From an uncultured candidate division Zixibacteria bacterium (GTDB taxonomy: Bacteria; Zixibacteria; MSB-5A5; GN15; FEB-12), in the NCBI GenBank assembly GCA_963806185.1, contig CAWDXE010000007.1:384001-448000 (forward strand): a stretch of 64,000 nucleotides of DNA. Reading direction: 5' to 3'. Below the pieces are notes generated by a model. That model did not search any database, was not told the origin of the DNA, and saw only the letters and a list, made by a program, of their open reading frames with translations. The position numbers and the translations under genes are program-made. This document shows positions 17,667 to 28,563 of the stretch, one piece after another (the stretch's first letter is position 1; each line of letters begins with the position of its first letter).

Positions 17667-19591
17667 TGAAGCATCGAATTGCACTACTCCTCGCACTGAT
17701 CTTCGCAGCGTCGATCGCCAGCGGAGCCTCGGGCCCCGATCGGGAGATGCTCAAGTGGATATCGAGGCGTCCGCCCATCAAGAAAATTGTCATCGAAGGG
17801 AATACGCATTTCACCGATGGCCAGATTAAGGGGAGGATGTACTCGAAGGAGCGGAATCTCTGGCGGGCAATCAAAGGCGACCGGCGCAGCAAGGTCCAGC
17901 GGGAGAATTTCGGGCGCGACACGCTGGAAGTACAGTATCTGTATCTGACGGCCGGATTTCTAAATGTGAAGGTGCACCATCAGTACCAGATGATCGGGAA
18001 GGATTCGTCGGCGCAGATTACGCTGACGATCATTGAGGGGCCGCAACTGTTCTACGGCGAGCGAAAGGTGACGGGAGATTATCCCGGCCAGTACGCGTTT
18101 CAGATCAACAAGATTGCGCAATCGCTCAAAGAGGGTGCGCCGATCAATCCGTTCGAAATCCGGAAGGCGGAGTTCGACATGAAAACGCACCTGGCAAACG
18201 GTGGGCATCCGTACGCGACGGTGCAGTCGCAGATCGACACGACCAGAGCGCAGGCGCGCACCCCGGTGACGTTTGTGGTATACGGCGATTCGCTGGTGCA
18301 TTTTGGCAATGTGAACATTACGGGAACGAGCAATTTCCCCGAGTACACGGCGCGGCGCGAGTTGAAAATTGCTCCGGGGGCGGTGTATCGGCGACAGGAT
18401 TTGATCGACTCGCAGCGGCGGCTGTTTGAATCGGGATATTTCTCAACGCTGCAGCTACGGCAGTCGCCGAATCCGACCAACCGGCTCGCGCCTGATTTTG
18501 AATTGCGGGTGCGCGAGCGAAAGCCGCACTACTTCAGCTTTAATACCGGTGCCGGGCAATCGGAGGTGAGGGATCTGCAATGGGACGTCGCGGGAGCATT
18601 CGGCAAGCGAAACTTGTTTGGCTCGCGACAGACCGAACTGTCGGCCAAATACTCGTTCAGCGTGGGGCGTGATTCACGACTCATCAAGCATGAATACCAG
18701 TTGAGCTACACCGAGCCGTGGCTTTTGGGCGTGCGGATGCCCCTTTCGTTGTCGGCCAAGTGGCAGCCGCCGCTCAAGCACGAGGTGCAGGATTTCAAAG
18801 TCAGTTCCTGGTCGCTGGCGGCCGAGAACGTCAAATGGTTCGGCACGAGGATGCGGACGACGCTGGGGTTTGAATACCAGTCGGTGGAAATCAGCGGCGT
18901 GGCGCCGGAGTTGGAAGAGATTTTGCGGCTGCAGGAAAAGATAGCCGTGCGCCGGCGGCTTTACGGAGAAATACGCCGGGACAGTCGCGACAATATTTTC
19001 GTGCCGCTGCGCGGGGCATTGATTACCATGTCGGCCGATTACTACGGCGGCTTTCTGGGCGGGGACGACAATTTCTACAAGCTGCAGGCGTCGTGGGCAA
19101 AATATACGGCTGTCTGGCCGGGGTGGATTTCGGCCAACCGGATAAAAATCGGATGGGCGAAGCCGTTCGGCAAATCGGCCATCGTGCCGCTCGACGAGGC
19201 GCTCTATTTGGGCGGCGCGAACAGTGTGCGCGGGTTCAAGGAGAACAGCCTGGGGCCGAAGGATCCGAATGGCGAGCCGCTGGGGGCGCGTTATCAACTC
19301 ATTTTCAACCAGGAATTCCGCTGGAAGACTCTGCCGGTGCTGGAGGCGCTGCCCATGATCGGGGGGTTGTTCGAGGAACTCCCGCTCTGGCAATCGATCT
19401 TTCTGGACGTGGGGAACGGGTTTAACTCACTCGACGACCTCCATTTCAAGGATTTTGCGTACAGTTACGGCACCGGCGTGCAGATTCTGTCACCGGCCGG
19501 GCCGATCAGGCTCGACTATGCGCGAGTCATTCCCACCGAGCGATTCGGGTTTACGGATCGCTGGCACTTTACTATATTGTACGCGTTCTAA
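17666..19591 (+). CDS. Omp85 family outer-membrane assembly protein (TamA/BamA-like, about 3 POTRA)
   Basis: POTRA patterns (IVIEGN, LFESGYFS), YLGGANSVRGF and SPAGPIRLDYA...F C-terminus. Confidence 0.92.
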   Translation: MKHRIALLLALIFAASIASGASGPDREMLKWISRRPPIKKIVIEGNTHFTDGQIKGRMYSKERNLWRAIKGDRRSKVQRENFGRDTLEVQYLYLTAGFLNVKVHHQYQMIGKDSSAQITLTIIEGPQLFYGERKVTGDYPGQYAFQINKIAQSLKEGAPINPFEIRKAEFDMKTHLANGGHPYATVQSQIDTTRAQARTPVTFVVYGDSLVHFGNVNITGTSNFPEYTARRELKIAPGAVYRRQDLIDSQRRLFESGYFSTLQLRQSPNPTNRLAPDFELRVRERKPHYFSFNTGAGQSEVRDLQWDVAGAFGKRNLFGSRQTELSAKYSFSVGRDSRLIKHEYQLSYTEPWLLGVRMPLSLSAKWQPPLKHEVQDFKVSSWSLAAENVKWFGTRMRTTLGFEYQSVEISGVAPELEEILRLQEKIAVRRRLYGEIRRDSRDNIFVPLRGALITMSADYYGGFLGGDDNFYKLQASWAKYTAVWPGWISANRIKIGWAKPFGKSAIVPLDEALYLGGANSVRGFKENSLGPKDPNGEPLGARYQLIFNQEFRWKTLPVLEALPMIGGLFEELPLWQSIFLDVGNGFNSLDDLHFKDFAYSYGTGVQILSPAGPIRLDYARVIPTERFGFTDRWHFTILYAF

Positions 19592-19664
19592 GAACAATGC
19601 AGACTGTGCCGACCTTTTTTTGGGCTCGGCGTAAGAAATGTCTCCGGACCAGGGAATTGGAGCT

Positions 19665-20837
19665 ATGAAGCAGATATATCTTGATCATAATGCCACGACG
19701 CCGGTTGATCCGGAAGTAGTGGAGGCAATGCTGCCGTATTTCGGCATGACCTTTGGCAATGCCTCGTCGGCCCACGGCTACGGGCGTAACGCCAAGGTGG
19801 CGCTGGAGAATTCGCGCGAGCAAATCGCCGCGTTCATCAACTGCGAACCGCAGGAATTATATTTCACGTCGGGCGGAACCGAGTCGGACAACCTGGCGAT
19901 CTTCGGTGCGGCCTATCAGGGGCGGAAGCGGCGCAATCATATCATCGTCGGTGCCACCGAACATCACGCCGTGCTCGAGCCGGCGGAACATCTGCATCAT
20001 ACCGAAGGATTCGAATTGGATTTGCTGCCGGTGTCCGCGGAAGGATTCCCGCAAGTTGACCGCCTGCAGGCGCTCGTGAAGGATACCACGTCGATCGTTT
20101 CGGTCATGCACGCCAACAACGAGAATGGCGCGATAGCCGACCTGGAGGCGATCGGCCGGATCGCCCACGAGAAAGAGGCGCTGGTGCACACCGATGCTGT
20201 GCAGTCGGTGGGAAAGATACCGGTGGACGTGCGCAAACTGGACATTGATATGATGTCGCTGACGGGGCACAAGATTTACGGCCCGAAAGGGGCCGGGGCG
20301 CTGTACATCCGTCAGGGGATCAAGCTCTCGCCGCTGTTTTACGGCGGTTCTCACGAGAAGAAACGTCGGCCCGGGACGGAGAATGTCGCCGGGGTAGTTG
20401 GCTTTGCGAAGGCGCTGGAGATTGCCCGGCGGCGAATGAACGATGATTTCACCAGGATTTCGGAACTGGCCGACTATTTCGCTGACAAGGTGCTGGCGTC
20501 GATACCGGACACGCGCTTTAACGGGCCACGCAAAAATCGTATTCCGCAGACGGTGAATATTTCGTTTGCCGGAATCGAGAGCGAGTCGATTCTTCTGTCG
20601 CTGGATCTTCTCGGCGTGGCGGTGTCGAGCGGCTCGGCCTGTACGTCGGGTGCGACCGAACCGTCGCACGTTCTGACGGCAATGGGTATTCCGAAGGTAA
20701 TCGCGCAGGGGGCGATCAGGTTTTCGCTGGGGCGGTCGACCACGAAGGAGCAATTGGATTACGTCATCGGGCAGTTGCCGGCGATCGTCGAGCGGTTGCG
20801 GGCTCTGTCGCCGATTTACGGTCAAAGCAAAGCCTAG
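19665..20837 (+). CDS. iscS: Cysteine desulfurase (IscS/NifS type)
   Basis: IYLDHNATTP, FTSGGTESDN, HTDAVQ, GHKIYGPKG and SSGSACTS motifs. Confidence 0.95.
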   Translation: MKQIYLDHNATTPVDPEVVEAMLPYFGMTFGNASSAHGYGRNAKVALENSREQIAAFINCEPQELYFTSGGTESDNLAIFGAAYQGRKRRNHIIVGATEHHAVLEPAEHLHHTEGFELDLLPVSAEGFPQVDRLQALVKDTTSIVSVMHANNENGAIADLEAIGRIAHEKEALVHTDAVQSVGKIPVDVRKLDIDMMSLTGHKIYGPKGAGALYIRQGIKLSPLFYGGSHEKKRRPGTENVAGVVGFAKALEIARRRMNDDFTRISELADYFADKVLASIPDTRFNGPRKNRIPQTVNISFAGIESESILLSLDLLGVAVSSGSACTSGATEPSHVLTAMGIPKVIAQGAIRFSLGRSTTKEQLDYVIGQLPAIVERLRALSPIYGQSKA

Positions 20838-20863
20838 GCAGGCGAAACAGAACGGACTATATT

Positions 20864-20889
20864 ACGGGCCGTTCCACGGCCCGTTTTTG
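20864..20889 (+). terminator. Hairpin / intrinsic terminator between iscS and mnmA
   Basis: ACGGGCCGT-TCC-ACGGCCCGT followed by T run. Confidence 0.65.
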
Positions 20890-20900
20890 TTGGATTGCAT

Positions 20901-21989
20901 ATGTCAGCCAAACGCGTATTGGTAGCCATGTCGGGAGGAGTCGATTCGTCGGTCACCGCCCTGCTGCTCAAGGAGCAGGGGTACGAGGTGGTCGGCGCTC
21001 ACATGAAGTTGTGGGATTATGTCGAGGTGGGGGCGGACATCTACAAGGATGGCCGTTGCTGCACGATTGATTCGATCACCGACTGCCGATTTGTTTGCGA
21101 CGCCATCGGGGCGCCGTTCTATGTGCTCAATCTTTCGGCGCATTTCCGCGATAAGGTGATCGGCAATTTCGTCGAGGAGTATGAGGCGGGAAGGACGCCC
21201 AATCCGTGCGTGCGGTGCAATTCCGAGGTAAAGTGGGATGAGTTTCTTCGCAAGGCGATCGAGGTCGGGTGCGACTATATCGCGACCGGCCATTACGCCT
21301 TTGTGGAGAAGAACAATAACGGCCGGTGGCAGATTCGCAAGGGAGTCGACGGGACGCGCGATCAATCGTACGTGCTGTGGGGATTGTCGCAGGAGGCGCT
21401 GTCGCGGACGCTCATGCCGCTGGGTGGACTGCGCAAGACGGAAGTACGGGAGATTGCCCGCAAATACAACCTGCGCACGGCCGAAAAGGCGGAGTCGCGC
21501 GAGATCTGCTTTGTGGTCGACAACGATTATCATCGCTTTCTCAAAGAGTACGAGGAACGGCGCGGACGGCAATTTGCGACGGGGGAGATTGTTCATGAAA
21601 ACGGGATGGTGATCGGGAAGCATGAGGGGACAGCGTTTTACACGATCGGTCAGCGCAAGGGGCTGGGGATCACCTGGCCGACGCCGCTCTATGTGCAGGA
21701 GATTGATGTCGCCCACAACCGGGTGGTCGTGGGGGATAATGACCGGCTGTTTCGAGACGAGCTGGTGGCGGAGCAGATCAACTGGGTGGGGGGCAACTCG
21801 CATACAGAGCCGTATCGGGCAGAGGTGAAGATACGGTATCTCCATCAGCCGGCCTGGGCGGAGTTAACGCCCTTGACTCCGCAAAGTGTCCACGTTAGGT
21901 TTACCGACAAGCAGCGCGCCATCACGCCCGGGCAGACGGTCGTGTTTTACGATGGCGACGTCCTCCTCGGCGGCGGGCTGATTCAGTAG
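20901..21989 (+). CDS. mnmA: tRNA 2-thiouridine(34) synthase MnmA
   Basis: [38 protein letters not shown] and AITPGQ motifs. Confidence 0.97.
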   Translation: MSAKRVLVAMSGGVDSSVTALLLKEQGYEVVGAHMKLWDYVEVGADIYKDGRCCTIDSITDCRFVCDAIGAPFYVLNLSAHFRDKVIGNFVEEYEAGRTPNPCVRCNSEVKWDEFLRKAIEVGCDYIATGHYAFVEKNNNGRWQIRKGVDGTRDQSYVLWGLSQEALSRTLMPLGGLRKTEVREIARKYNLRTAEKAESREICFVVDNDYHRFLKEYEERRGRQFATGEIVHENGMVIGKHEGTAFYTIGQRKGLGITWPTPLYVQEIDVAHNRVVVGDNDRLFRDELVAEQINWVGGNSHTEPYRAEVKIRYLHQPAWAELTPLTPQSVHVRFTDKQRAITPGQTVVFYDGDVLLGGGLIQ

Positions 21990-22017
21990 CGAACACTTCT
22001 TTGGGAAGGGACGGGCC

Positions 22018-22696
22018 ATGCCTGAAGCAAGATTTTTGGGACACTCATGCGTGCTGTTGAACGACGGTCGGCAGCAGATCATCATTGATCCGTATATCAC
22101 GGGCAATCCGAAAGCGCCGGTTAAGGCACAGGATATCAAAGTCGATTACGTGCTGGTGACGCACGGTCACGGCGACCACCTGGGCGACGCGGTAGAGATC
22201 GCCAAGCGAAATGACGCGACTATCATCGCGAATTTTGAGTTGGCCAAGTACTGCGAACGCAAGGGGGCGAAGGTGCACGCCATGCACATCGGCGGATCTC
22301 GCCCGTTTACGTTTGGACGGGTGAAGCTGACGATTGCTCACCATGGCGGTGGGGCGGGAGAACACGCCGACATTTACACCGGGCCGCCGGTGGGGTTTTT
22401 GGTGGAAATCGACGGCAAGAGGGTATACCATTCCGGCGATACCGGGCTGTTCTACGATATGAAATTGATCGGCGAAATGAATCCGATCGACCTGGCGTTC
22501 CTGCCGATTGGTGACAACTTCACGATGGGCATTGTTGACGCGGCCAAGGCGGTGGAGTTTCTTGCGGCCGAAGACGGTTGTGCCGTTACATTATGATACA
22601 TTTCCGCTGATAGCGGCGAATGTCGATGACTTTGCCGCTCGCGTCAAGGATGCCAAGGTGGTCATACTGAAGCCGGGCGAGTCGGTTAAGTTTTAG
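22018..22696 (+). CDS. UPF0173 metal-dependent hydrolase (metallo-beta-lactamase fold), one frameshift near 22562
   Basis: THGHGDH, YHSGDT and [10 protein letters not shown] motifs. The C-terminus ([16 protein letters not shown]) continues in another frame. Confidence 0.9.
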
Positions 22697-22773
22697 ACTC
22701 GAGATCATGCTAAATTCGACAATCAAGTTGGCCGGTTGGTATAAGTGGATATGAGCAAGCAAAAGGAGAGGCA

Positions 22774-25620
22774 GTGAAGTCGTTTCTAAAGATAGCCGCG
22801 TGGGTGGGCGGCATCATCGTTGCATTGATTATTGTCGCCGTCGTGGCGCTCAAGATTTTCTTCCCGGTTGAAAAAGCGCGCCAGATGGCGGTCGAAAAGG
22901 GAACGGCGATGCTGGGTCGCCCGGTGCAGATTGAATCGCTGGATGTCTCTGTCTGGGGTGGGATCGGATTGAAGCTGAATAAGGTCAGCATCGGCAATCA
23001 GGCGGGATTCGACCAGACCGATCAATTCCTGGCGGCGGAGCATATCGAATTGAAACTGCGACTCCTGCCATTGTTGTCCAAGCGGGTGGAGGTTTCGAAA
23101 CTGATCATCGAGCGACCGACTATAGCGATGATCAAGACGAAGGACGGCGCCAATAACTATACCTTCCCCAAGGCGGATTCGGCCGCGCCGGAAGTGGCAC
23201 AAAGTCTGCCGGCGGAGGCCAAGCCGGCGGCGGTGACGATATCGTTTGACGAGGTGTCGATCAACGGCGGGTCGGTGCGGTATGTTGACGACAGCGGCGG
23301 CATGTCGATCCGGGCAGTGAATCTGGGTATGAAAACGTCGGTCGATAATCCGAGGGCGGGGCTCTATCAGTCCAAGGGGAAGCTGACGATTGATACATTG
23401 CTGGTAGTGACCGATGAACCAATGCGGCCGCTGGCGGTGGGGCTGGATTACGACGCCGGGTTCGACATGACGGCCAAGTTGCTTTCGATCGGCAAGGGGG
23501 ATCTGGATGTCAACGGACTTAAGTTCAATGTGACCGGTCTCGTGCATATGCCGGATTCACATATGACGGCCAACGTCAACGTGAAGTCGGATCAGATACG
23601 TGCGGTGGACCTTTTCAATTTGATGTCAGATAAACAACGGCAGATGATTGCCGACTTCACGATCAACGGCGACTTTGCTCTGAATGCCGACGTCATGTAC
23701 GCCGACACAACCGAACCGGCGACGCTGGGGTACAGCGGTAATGCCACGATAACGAATCTGACCATGGCCAAGAAGGGATTGGACGGTGACCTGAACATCG
23801 GCAAGGCGATGGTCGATTTCGAAACTGATCGGGTGCGCGTGGTTATCGAGGATGGCAGTTTCAACAACGAACCGCTCAAGGGACAGTTGATTGTCGAGGA
23901 TTTTGCGAACCCGCGAATCCAGGGACAGCTCGCGGGGAGTTTGGATCTGGTGTTCCTGCAACCCTTTCTTCCGGCGCAGTCGGAACATCAAGTGACGGGG
24001 AAATCGCGGTTTGACGTGAAGTTCAACGGCGTCATGAAGGACGTGGCCAATCTGGACTTCTCCGGCACGATCGCGATTGACTCCGGAACGTACCGTTCGA
24101 AAGTCGTGCCTGAGCCGATCGAGGCGTTTTCGATTGACGCCTACTTTGACCGAAAGCTGGTCAATCTGCGGCAGTTTGCGGCGCGGTTTCCGTCAGGGAA
24201 TATCAGTTTCATCGGCCGGATCGACAATCTGGTTCCGTACATGATGGCCGATTCGACGCAGGCGGCGGCTGTGCCGCTGGCGATCGACGGCGCGATCGCG
24301 GGGAACATGAAGCTGGGGATGCTTCAGCCGCTCCTCCCCAAGAAGGGGGGGCCACAGCTCAATGGCGACATCGCCGTTGACATGAAACTGGCAGGGACGG
24401 TGACCGATCCGCAGGGGTTCAAGCCGCGCGGAACGATCACGATTGCGAATGCGTCGTACACTGATTCGCTCTTGCCCGAACCGATCACCAACTTCTCCAC
24501 GAAAATGACGATTTCTCCGGATACCATTGGCATCGACGGTATGAAGGTGAAGTTTGTTTCGAGCGACGCGGAATTCGACGGCAAGCTGGCTGACCCGTTC
24601 CCGTACTTGTTGCCGTTGTCGAAGATCGACCGGAGCAACATGAAGAAGCCGATGTTTGTGTTTACGCTAAAATCGCACCGGTTTGATGCGGACAAGCTTT
24701 TTCCGGAGGTGGTGCCGGGTTCGGAGGAAGCGGCGGCCCAGCCGGTTGATTCGGTGTCGATGGTGATGCTGCCGGATATCGACGGACGGGGGACGTTTTC
24801 CTGCGAAACGATGATTTACAGTAAGGTCGAGTTCACCAATATCGTCGGCAAGATGAAGATCGCGAATCGGAAGATCGAGTGTTACGACGCAACCGGAAAA
24901 GTCTACACCGGGTCGGTAGCGGGGACGTCGACGATTGATTTGAACAATCTGGAGCGGCCGACATATGCGGGCGAATTCACGGCGTCGCAGATCGAGGCGA
25001 ATGATTTCATTTCACGGTTTTCGAAATTCGGCGGATTCGTGTACGGGAAACTTGATCTGAAAGGGAACTACGCGGCGGCGGGGACGGAGCCGGACGTATT
25101 TCTTAAGAGTCTTTCGATGAACGGCGACGGCGGCGTGAGCAGCGGCAAGTTGATGGCGAGCGGCCAACTGTTCTCACTCCTCCAGGGCCTGGCGGAGAAA
25201 TCGGGGAAGAAGTTTGACGCGGAGCAGCCGCTAAGGAGTTTGTCGACGCTCATCAGGATTGAGGACGGCAAGGTGAAACTGAATAATTTGAAAATGACGC
25301 TGGCGAATATCGGGGATGTCGAGATTGGCGGGTATTACGGTTTTGACGGCGGCCTGCAGTACACCGGCACGGTGCTGTTGACGCAAGAGTTGAGCCAAAG
25401 CCTGATCGGCAAGGGGGGACTGGTGGGATCGCTGGCCGGAGCGTTGTCAAACAAGCAGACCCAGCGGATTCCGCTGCCGATCACGGTGGCCGGGACGATG
25501 ACGAGTCCGGCGTTTAAGATCGACTACAACGCGGCGGCGGCCAAGGTTGGGGAATCGTTGAAGGAATCAACCAAGGATAAGGTGCAGAATCTGCTGGAGG
25601 GGCTGAAAAAGAAGCCGTAG
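22774..25620 (+). CDS. AsmA family protein
   Basis: 948 aa, N-terminal TM anchor, LGRPVQI, LRLLPLLSKRVEV, DGANNY and C-terminal IPLPITVAGTMTSPAF. Confidence 0.85.
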   Translation: MKSFLKIAAWVGGIIVALIIVAVVALKIFFPVEKARQMAVEKGTAMLGRPVQIESLDVSVWGGIGLKLNKVSIGNQAGFDQTDQFLAAEHIELKLRLLPLLSKRVEVSKLIIERPTIAMIKTKDGANNYTFPKADSAAPEVAQSLPAEAKPAAVTISFDEVSINGGSVRYVDDSGGMSIRAVNLGMKTSVDNPRAGLYQSKGKLTIDTLLVVTDEPMRPLAVGLDYDAGFDMTAKLLSIGKGDLDVNGLKFNVTGLVHMPDSHMTANVNVKSDQIRAVDLFNLMSDKQRQMIADFTINGDFALNADVMYADTTEPATLGYSGNATITNLTMAKKGLDGDLNIGKAMVDFETDRVRVVIEDGSFNNEPLKGQLIVEDFANPRIQGQLAGSLDLVFLQPFLPAQSEHQVTGKSRFDVKFNGVMKDVANLDFSGTIAIDSGTYRSKVVPEPIEAFSIDAYFDRKLVNLRQFAARFPSGNISFIGRIDNLVPYMMADSTQAAAVPLAIDGAIAGNMKLGMLQPLLPKKGGPQLNGDIAVDMKLAGTVTDPQGFKPRGTITIANASYTDSLLPEPITNFSTKMTISPDTIGIDGMKVKFVSSDAEFDGKLADPFPYLLPLSKIDRSNMKKPMFVFTLKSHRFDADKLFPEVVPGSEEAAAQPVDSVSMVMLPDIDGRGTFSCETMIYSKVEFTNIVGKMKIANRKIECYDATGKVYTGSVAGTSTIDLNNLERPTYAGEFTASQIEANDFISRFSKFGGFVYGKLDLKGNYAAAGTEPDVFLKSLSMNGDGGVSSGKLMASGQLFSLLQGLAEKSGKKFDAEQPLRSLSTLIRIEDGKVKLNNLKMTLANIGDVEIGGYYGFDGGLQYTGTVLLTQELSQSLIGKGGLVGSLAGALSNKQTQRIPLPITVAGTMTSPAFKIDYNAAAAKVGESLKESTKDKVQNLLEGLKKKP

Positions 25621-25642
25621 AGAAGACTGGGCAATCGATTGC

Positions 25643-25690
25643 AGTCCGGTATGTCACTGTCATTTGGTGACATACCGGACTATTTTTTTT
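25643..25690 (+). terminator. Long hairpin terminator after asmA
   Basis: AGTCCGGTATGTCAC-N9-GTGACATACCGGACT followed by a T run. Confidence 0.8.
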
Positions 25691-25876
25691 GTGTTACGGT
25701 GATTTGCAGTGAAACTGTTTCACCGGGCAGAGCGAAGTGAAACAAGAGAGGGCAAGAATCGAGCCGCAAAGCGGGATTCGCAATAAACAGATGAGGAAAT
25801 TTGCCGATGTACTTATAAGGGAGATAATGAGATGCCAACCGGGTTGAGGGCTGCGCCCACGACCTAACCATACGGA

Positions 25877-27811
25877 ATGACGATGATCATGGAACGTACC
25901 TCTTCAACCACGCCAGCCGAGGTCGCGCGCATAACACGCTGTGCGGTCTGCAAAATCGATCTCAAACGACGATTCACTTATATCGACGATCACACCGAAG
26001 AGCTTCTTCAGGCCACACGCGAAGAGTTGTTCGGGAAGCCGTTTGTCGACAGTCTTGATCCGACGGATCAGCCGGCGCTGAACGAATTGTTCGCCCGGTA
26101 CAGCCGGTATGAAGCGACGTTTGACGCGATACGCGTGACGCTGGTCGGCAAAGCGGGATTGCGGACGCCGGTGAAAATAATCGTGTCGATGAATTTCATC
26201 GGGGGAAGCCCGGTCAATTATCAGATCGTGATCAATCCGGAGGAGGCGAGCGCGCCGCTTGCGGGAGCGCAGGCGAATTACGATCACGAGTCGTTACTGG
26301 CGATGCTGACGACGCTGGTGCAGACCGGGGAGAATCCGGACTGGCACACGCTGGCGCCGGTTCTACGCGAATTGGCGGGTGTTCCGGCAGTGCAGGTATA
26401 CCGGGCAGTCGGAAAAGAGATCACTTGTCTGGCGAAGTCGGCGACGGCCCAGGCGCCGGTGGACCAGGGGGAGCTGATTGATTCGATCATAGCCGGGGCG
26501 GCAGCTGAAGAATTTTTGGGGAATCTGGGTGACGTGCAGGCGATGCTGCCGGACGATGAACTGCTCACGGAGATTGCGCGGGGCGACGGCGAGCGGTGGA
26601 TATTCCGTTTTCGGTTCGACGCTCATGACAACGCTCAGCGGGCGGCAGCGAAGCAGCAGGTGGACGTGGCGATCGGGATCATTCGGCGGCTGACGGCGAT
26701 TCACGGGCCGTCGGTGGCGACCGTTCTCTCCGCGCCGGACTGGACGCCGATTCTCAACTTGTTTGACCGGGCCGGTCTGGGCGCGGCGTGCGTGGCGAAA
26801 GACGGGCAGATTTCCGGGGTCAACAGGGCGTTTGCAAATTTGTTCGATCATCGTCCGCCGACCGGGTTCATCGGCGACATGGTGGCACGATTGTCGGACT
26901 GCAACTCGGCGGATACGCTCGAGTCGGTAGATACGCTGTTGCGGCTGGCGCACCAGGAAGGGACGATCGTTCATCCGGTCATGGTGGAGCTGCCCGCGGG
27001 TATTTCGGCGCGGATGCTGCTGCACCGTCAGCCGAGCCCCGACGGGGCGCCGTTCCTGTGGGTGTTGCTGGCGCCGGTGATGATCCGTGATGACAGCGGC
27101 ACACCGGCCTGCGTGGAACAGCGGTTCCTGAGCGACGCTCTGCAGGCGGTGACATCGTCAATCGAAGCGGCGGGCACGTCTACGGATAAGCTAGTGCATG
27201 AATATTGCGGCGAGTTGACGCGGGAGGGGAACTTCTACCTGACCGTGCTGGGGAATCATCTCTTGAAACTGCGCGGCATGATGGCGGATCTCGGCCAGAC
27301 CGTGGTGTTGACGGCCGAAACAGAAGAGATGCAGACATGCGACCTGAAGGTGGTGGTCGATACGGTGGTGCAGGAAGTACAGTCGTTATTCCCGGAAACG
27401 GTCATTACCACGAATTACACAGAGCTGCCGAAGATCATTACGGCGCGGAACAAGTTGACGGCGGTCATTCGGAACCTGATGCTCAACAGCGTCAAGTTCG
27501 CGCCGGGTCAGAAGGTGACGATATCAATCAGCGTACGAGCCGAAGGGGGGAAATGGCTGCTGGTGATTTCAGATGATGGAACGGGAATCCCGACCAAATA
27601 TCTGAATCGGATCAGCGAGCCGTTTTACCGCGTCCCGACGCAGAAGAGCCCGGCGATACCGGGGCATGGAACCGGTCTGGCGATGACGAGGCAGCTCATC
27701 TACGCGTCGGGCGGCGAGTTATCAGTGGCGTCGGAAGAGGGTCAGGGGACGCAGGTGACGATCACGCTGCCTCAATTGGTGCAGATCGGCGGGGGACCCG
27801 ATGAGGCCTAG
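25877..27811 (+). CDS. PAS-domain sensor kinase-like protein with intact HATPase but no H-box histidine
   Basis: N-terminal PAS. N (NLMLNSVKF), G1 (DDGTGI), F and G2 (GHGTGLA) boxes present. DHp region reads ALQAVTSSIEAA. Confidence 0.85.
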   Translation: MTMIMERTSSTTPAEVARITRCAVCKIDLKRRFTYIDDHTEELLQATREELFGKPFVDSLDPTDQPALNELFARYSRYEATFDAIRVTLVGKAGLRTPVKIIVSMNFIGGSPVNYQIVINPEEASAPLAGAQANYDHESLLAMLTTLVQTGENPDWHTLAPVLRELAGVPAVQVYRAVGKEITCLAKSATAQAPVDQGELIDSIIAGAAAEEFLGNLGDVQAMLPDDELLTEIARGDGERWIFRFRFDAHDNAQRAAAKQQVDVAIGIIRRLTAIHGPSVATVLSAPDWTPILNLFDRAGLGAACVAKDGQISGVNRAFANLFDHRPPTGFIGDMVARLSDCNSADTLESVDTLLRLAHQEGTIVHPVMVELPAGISARMLLHRQPSPDGAPFLWVLLAPVMIRDDSGTPACVEQRFLSDALQAVTSSIEAAGTSTDKLVHEYCGELTREGNFYLTVLGNHLLKLRGMMADLGQTVVLTAETEEMQTCDLKVVVDTVVQEVQSLFPETVITTNYTELPKIITARNKLTAVIRNLMLNSVKFAPGQKVTISISVRAEGGKWLLVISDDGTGIPTKYLNRISEPFYRVPTQKSPAIPGHGTGLAMTRQLIYASGGELSVASEEGQGTQVTITLPQLVQIGGGPDEA

Positions 27812-28472
27812 TCTGCGCATCCTGCTCTTGAACCAGAATCGGTATGTATCGCTTCTGATCGAGCGGGAGTTGTCGCGCGTGTTATCCGGAGTGGTGATCA
27901 CCAAGTTTGCGGACGTCCGCTCGGCGGTGGAAGAACTCTCGATCAGCCGGTATCACGCGGTGGTGGTCGATCTGGACACCGTGCAGGCGTCGTCGGCACC
28001 GGGACGTGACGACCTGATCGGCTCGGTCGAGGAAGACCTGCCTATCATACTGCTGGTATCGCCGGAGGCAAAGCCGGAGACACTGGATGTGCTGGGTGAG
28101 GTGGATATCGTGCGCAAGGAGCGGAATTTTCAGGTGCAAATCCCGGACCTGATTATCGAGGTCATCCGCCGGCGCGAAGAAGAGTTGGCACGCGGGCTTG
28201 CGCGGCCGGTCTCGGAGAACAGTGACTCACTGTTGCGGATCATCACCAATACGTTGTCGCACGAGATCAATAACCCGTTGATGACGATCCTGGGGTCGAC
28301 GGAGCTTCTGCTGGAGCGTCGGGACTTGTCGGATCGGGAGCTAATCGACAAGCTCCAGATGATTCATGACTCGGCGCAACGGATTCAGACGCGGTTGACG
28401 AATCTGGCCAATTTGTTTTATCCGAATCTTCGTAACTCCAGTTCTGGCTATCTGATAACTACTCAAAAATAG
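27801..28472 (+). CDS. Receiver plus HisKA (DHp) protein lacking an ATPase domain
   Basis: REC (AVVVDLD, PIILL, VRK) followed by LSHEINNPLMTILG. The protein ends shortly after the DHp helices. Confidence 0.85.
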   Translation: MRPSLRILLLNQNRYVSLLIERELSRVLSGVVITKFADVRSAVEELSISRYHAVVVDLDTVQASSAPGRDDLIGSVEEDLPIILLVSPEAKPETLDVLGEVDIVRKERNFQVQIPDLIIEVIRRREEELARGLARPVSENSDSLLRIITNTLSHEINNPLMTILGSTELLLERRDLSDRELIDKLQMIHDSAQRIQTRLTNLANLFYPNLRNSSSGYLITTQK

Positions 28473-28563
28473 ACTCCGAATTGGCTGTGCCGTCCAGAAA
28501 CTGATTGACAAGCGGGGGGGCGGCTTGTTCTTTGTGCCAATCTCAGCGAGGGATTTTTGTAGT

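Noticed and set aside
25745..25790. GGGCAAG...GCCGCAAAGCGGGA resembling a cyclic di-GMP-I riboswitch upstream of the kinase
   Set aside because: It lacks the GGCAAAC-stem-GNRA-GGGACGCAAAGC arrangement and the second stem. Only a short hairpin is supportable.
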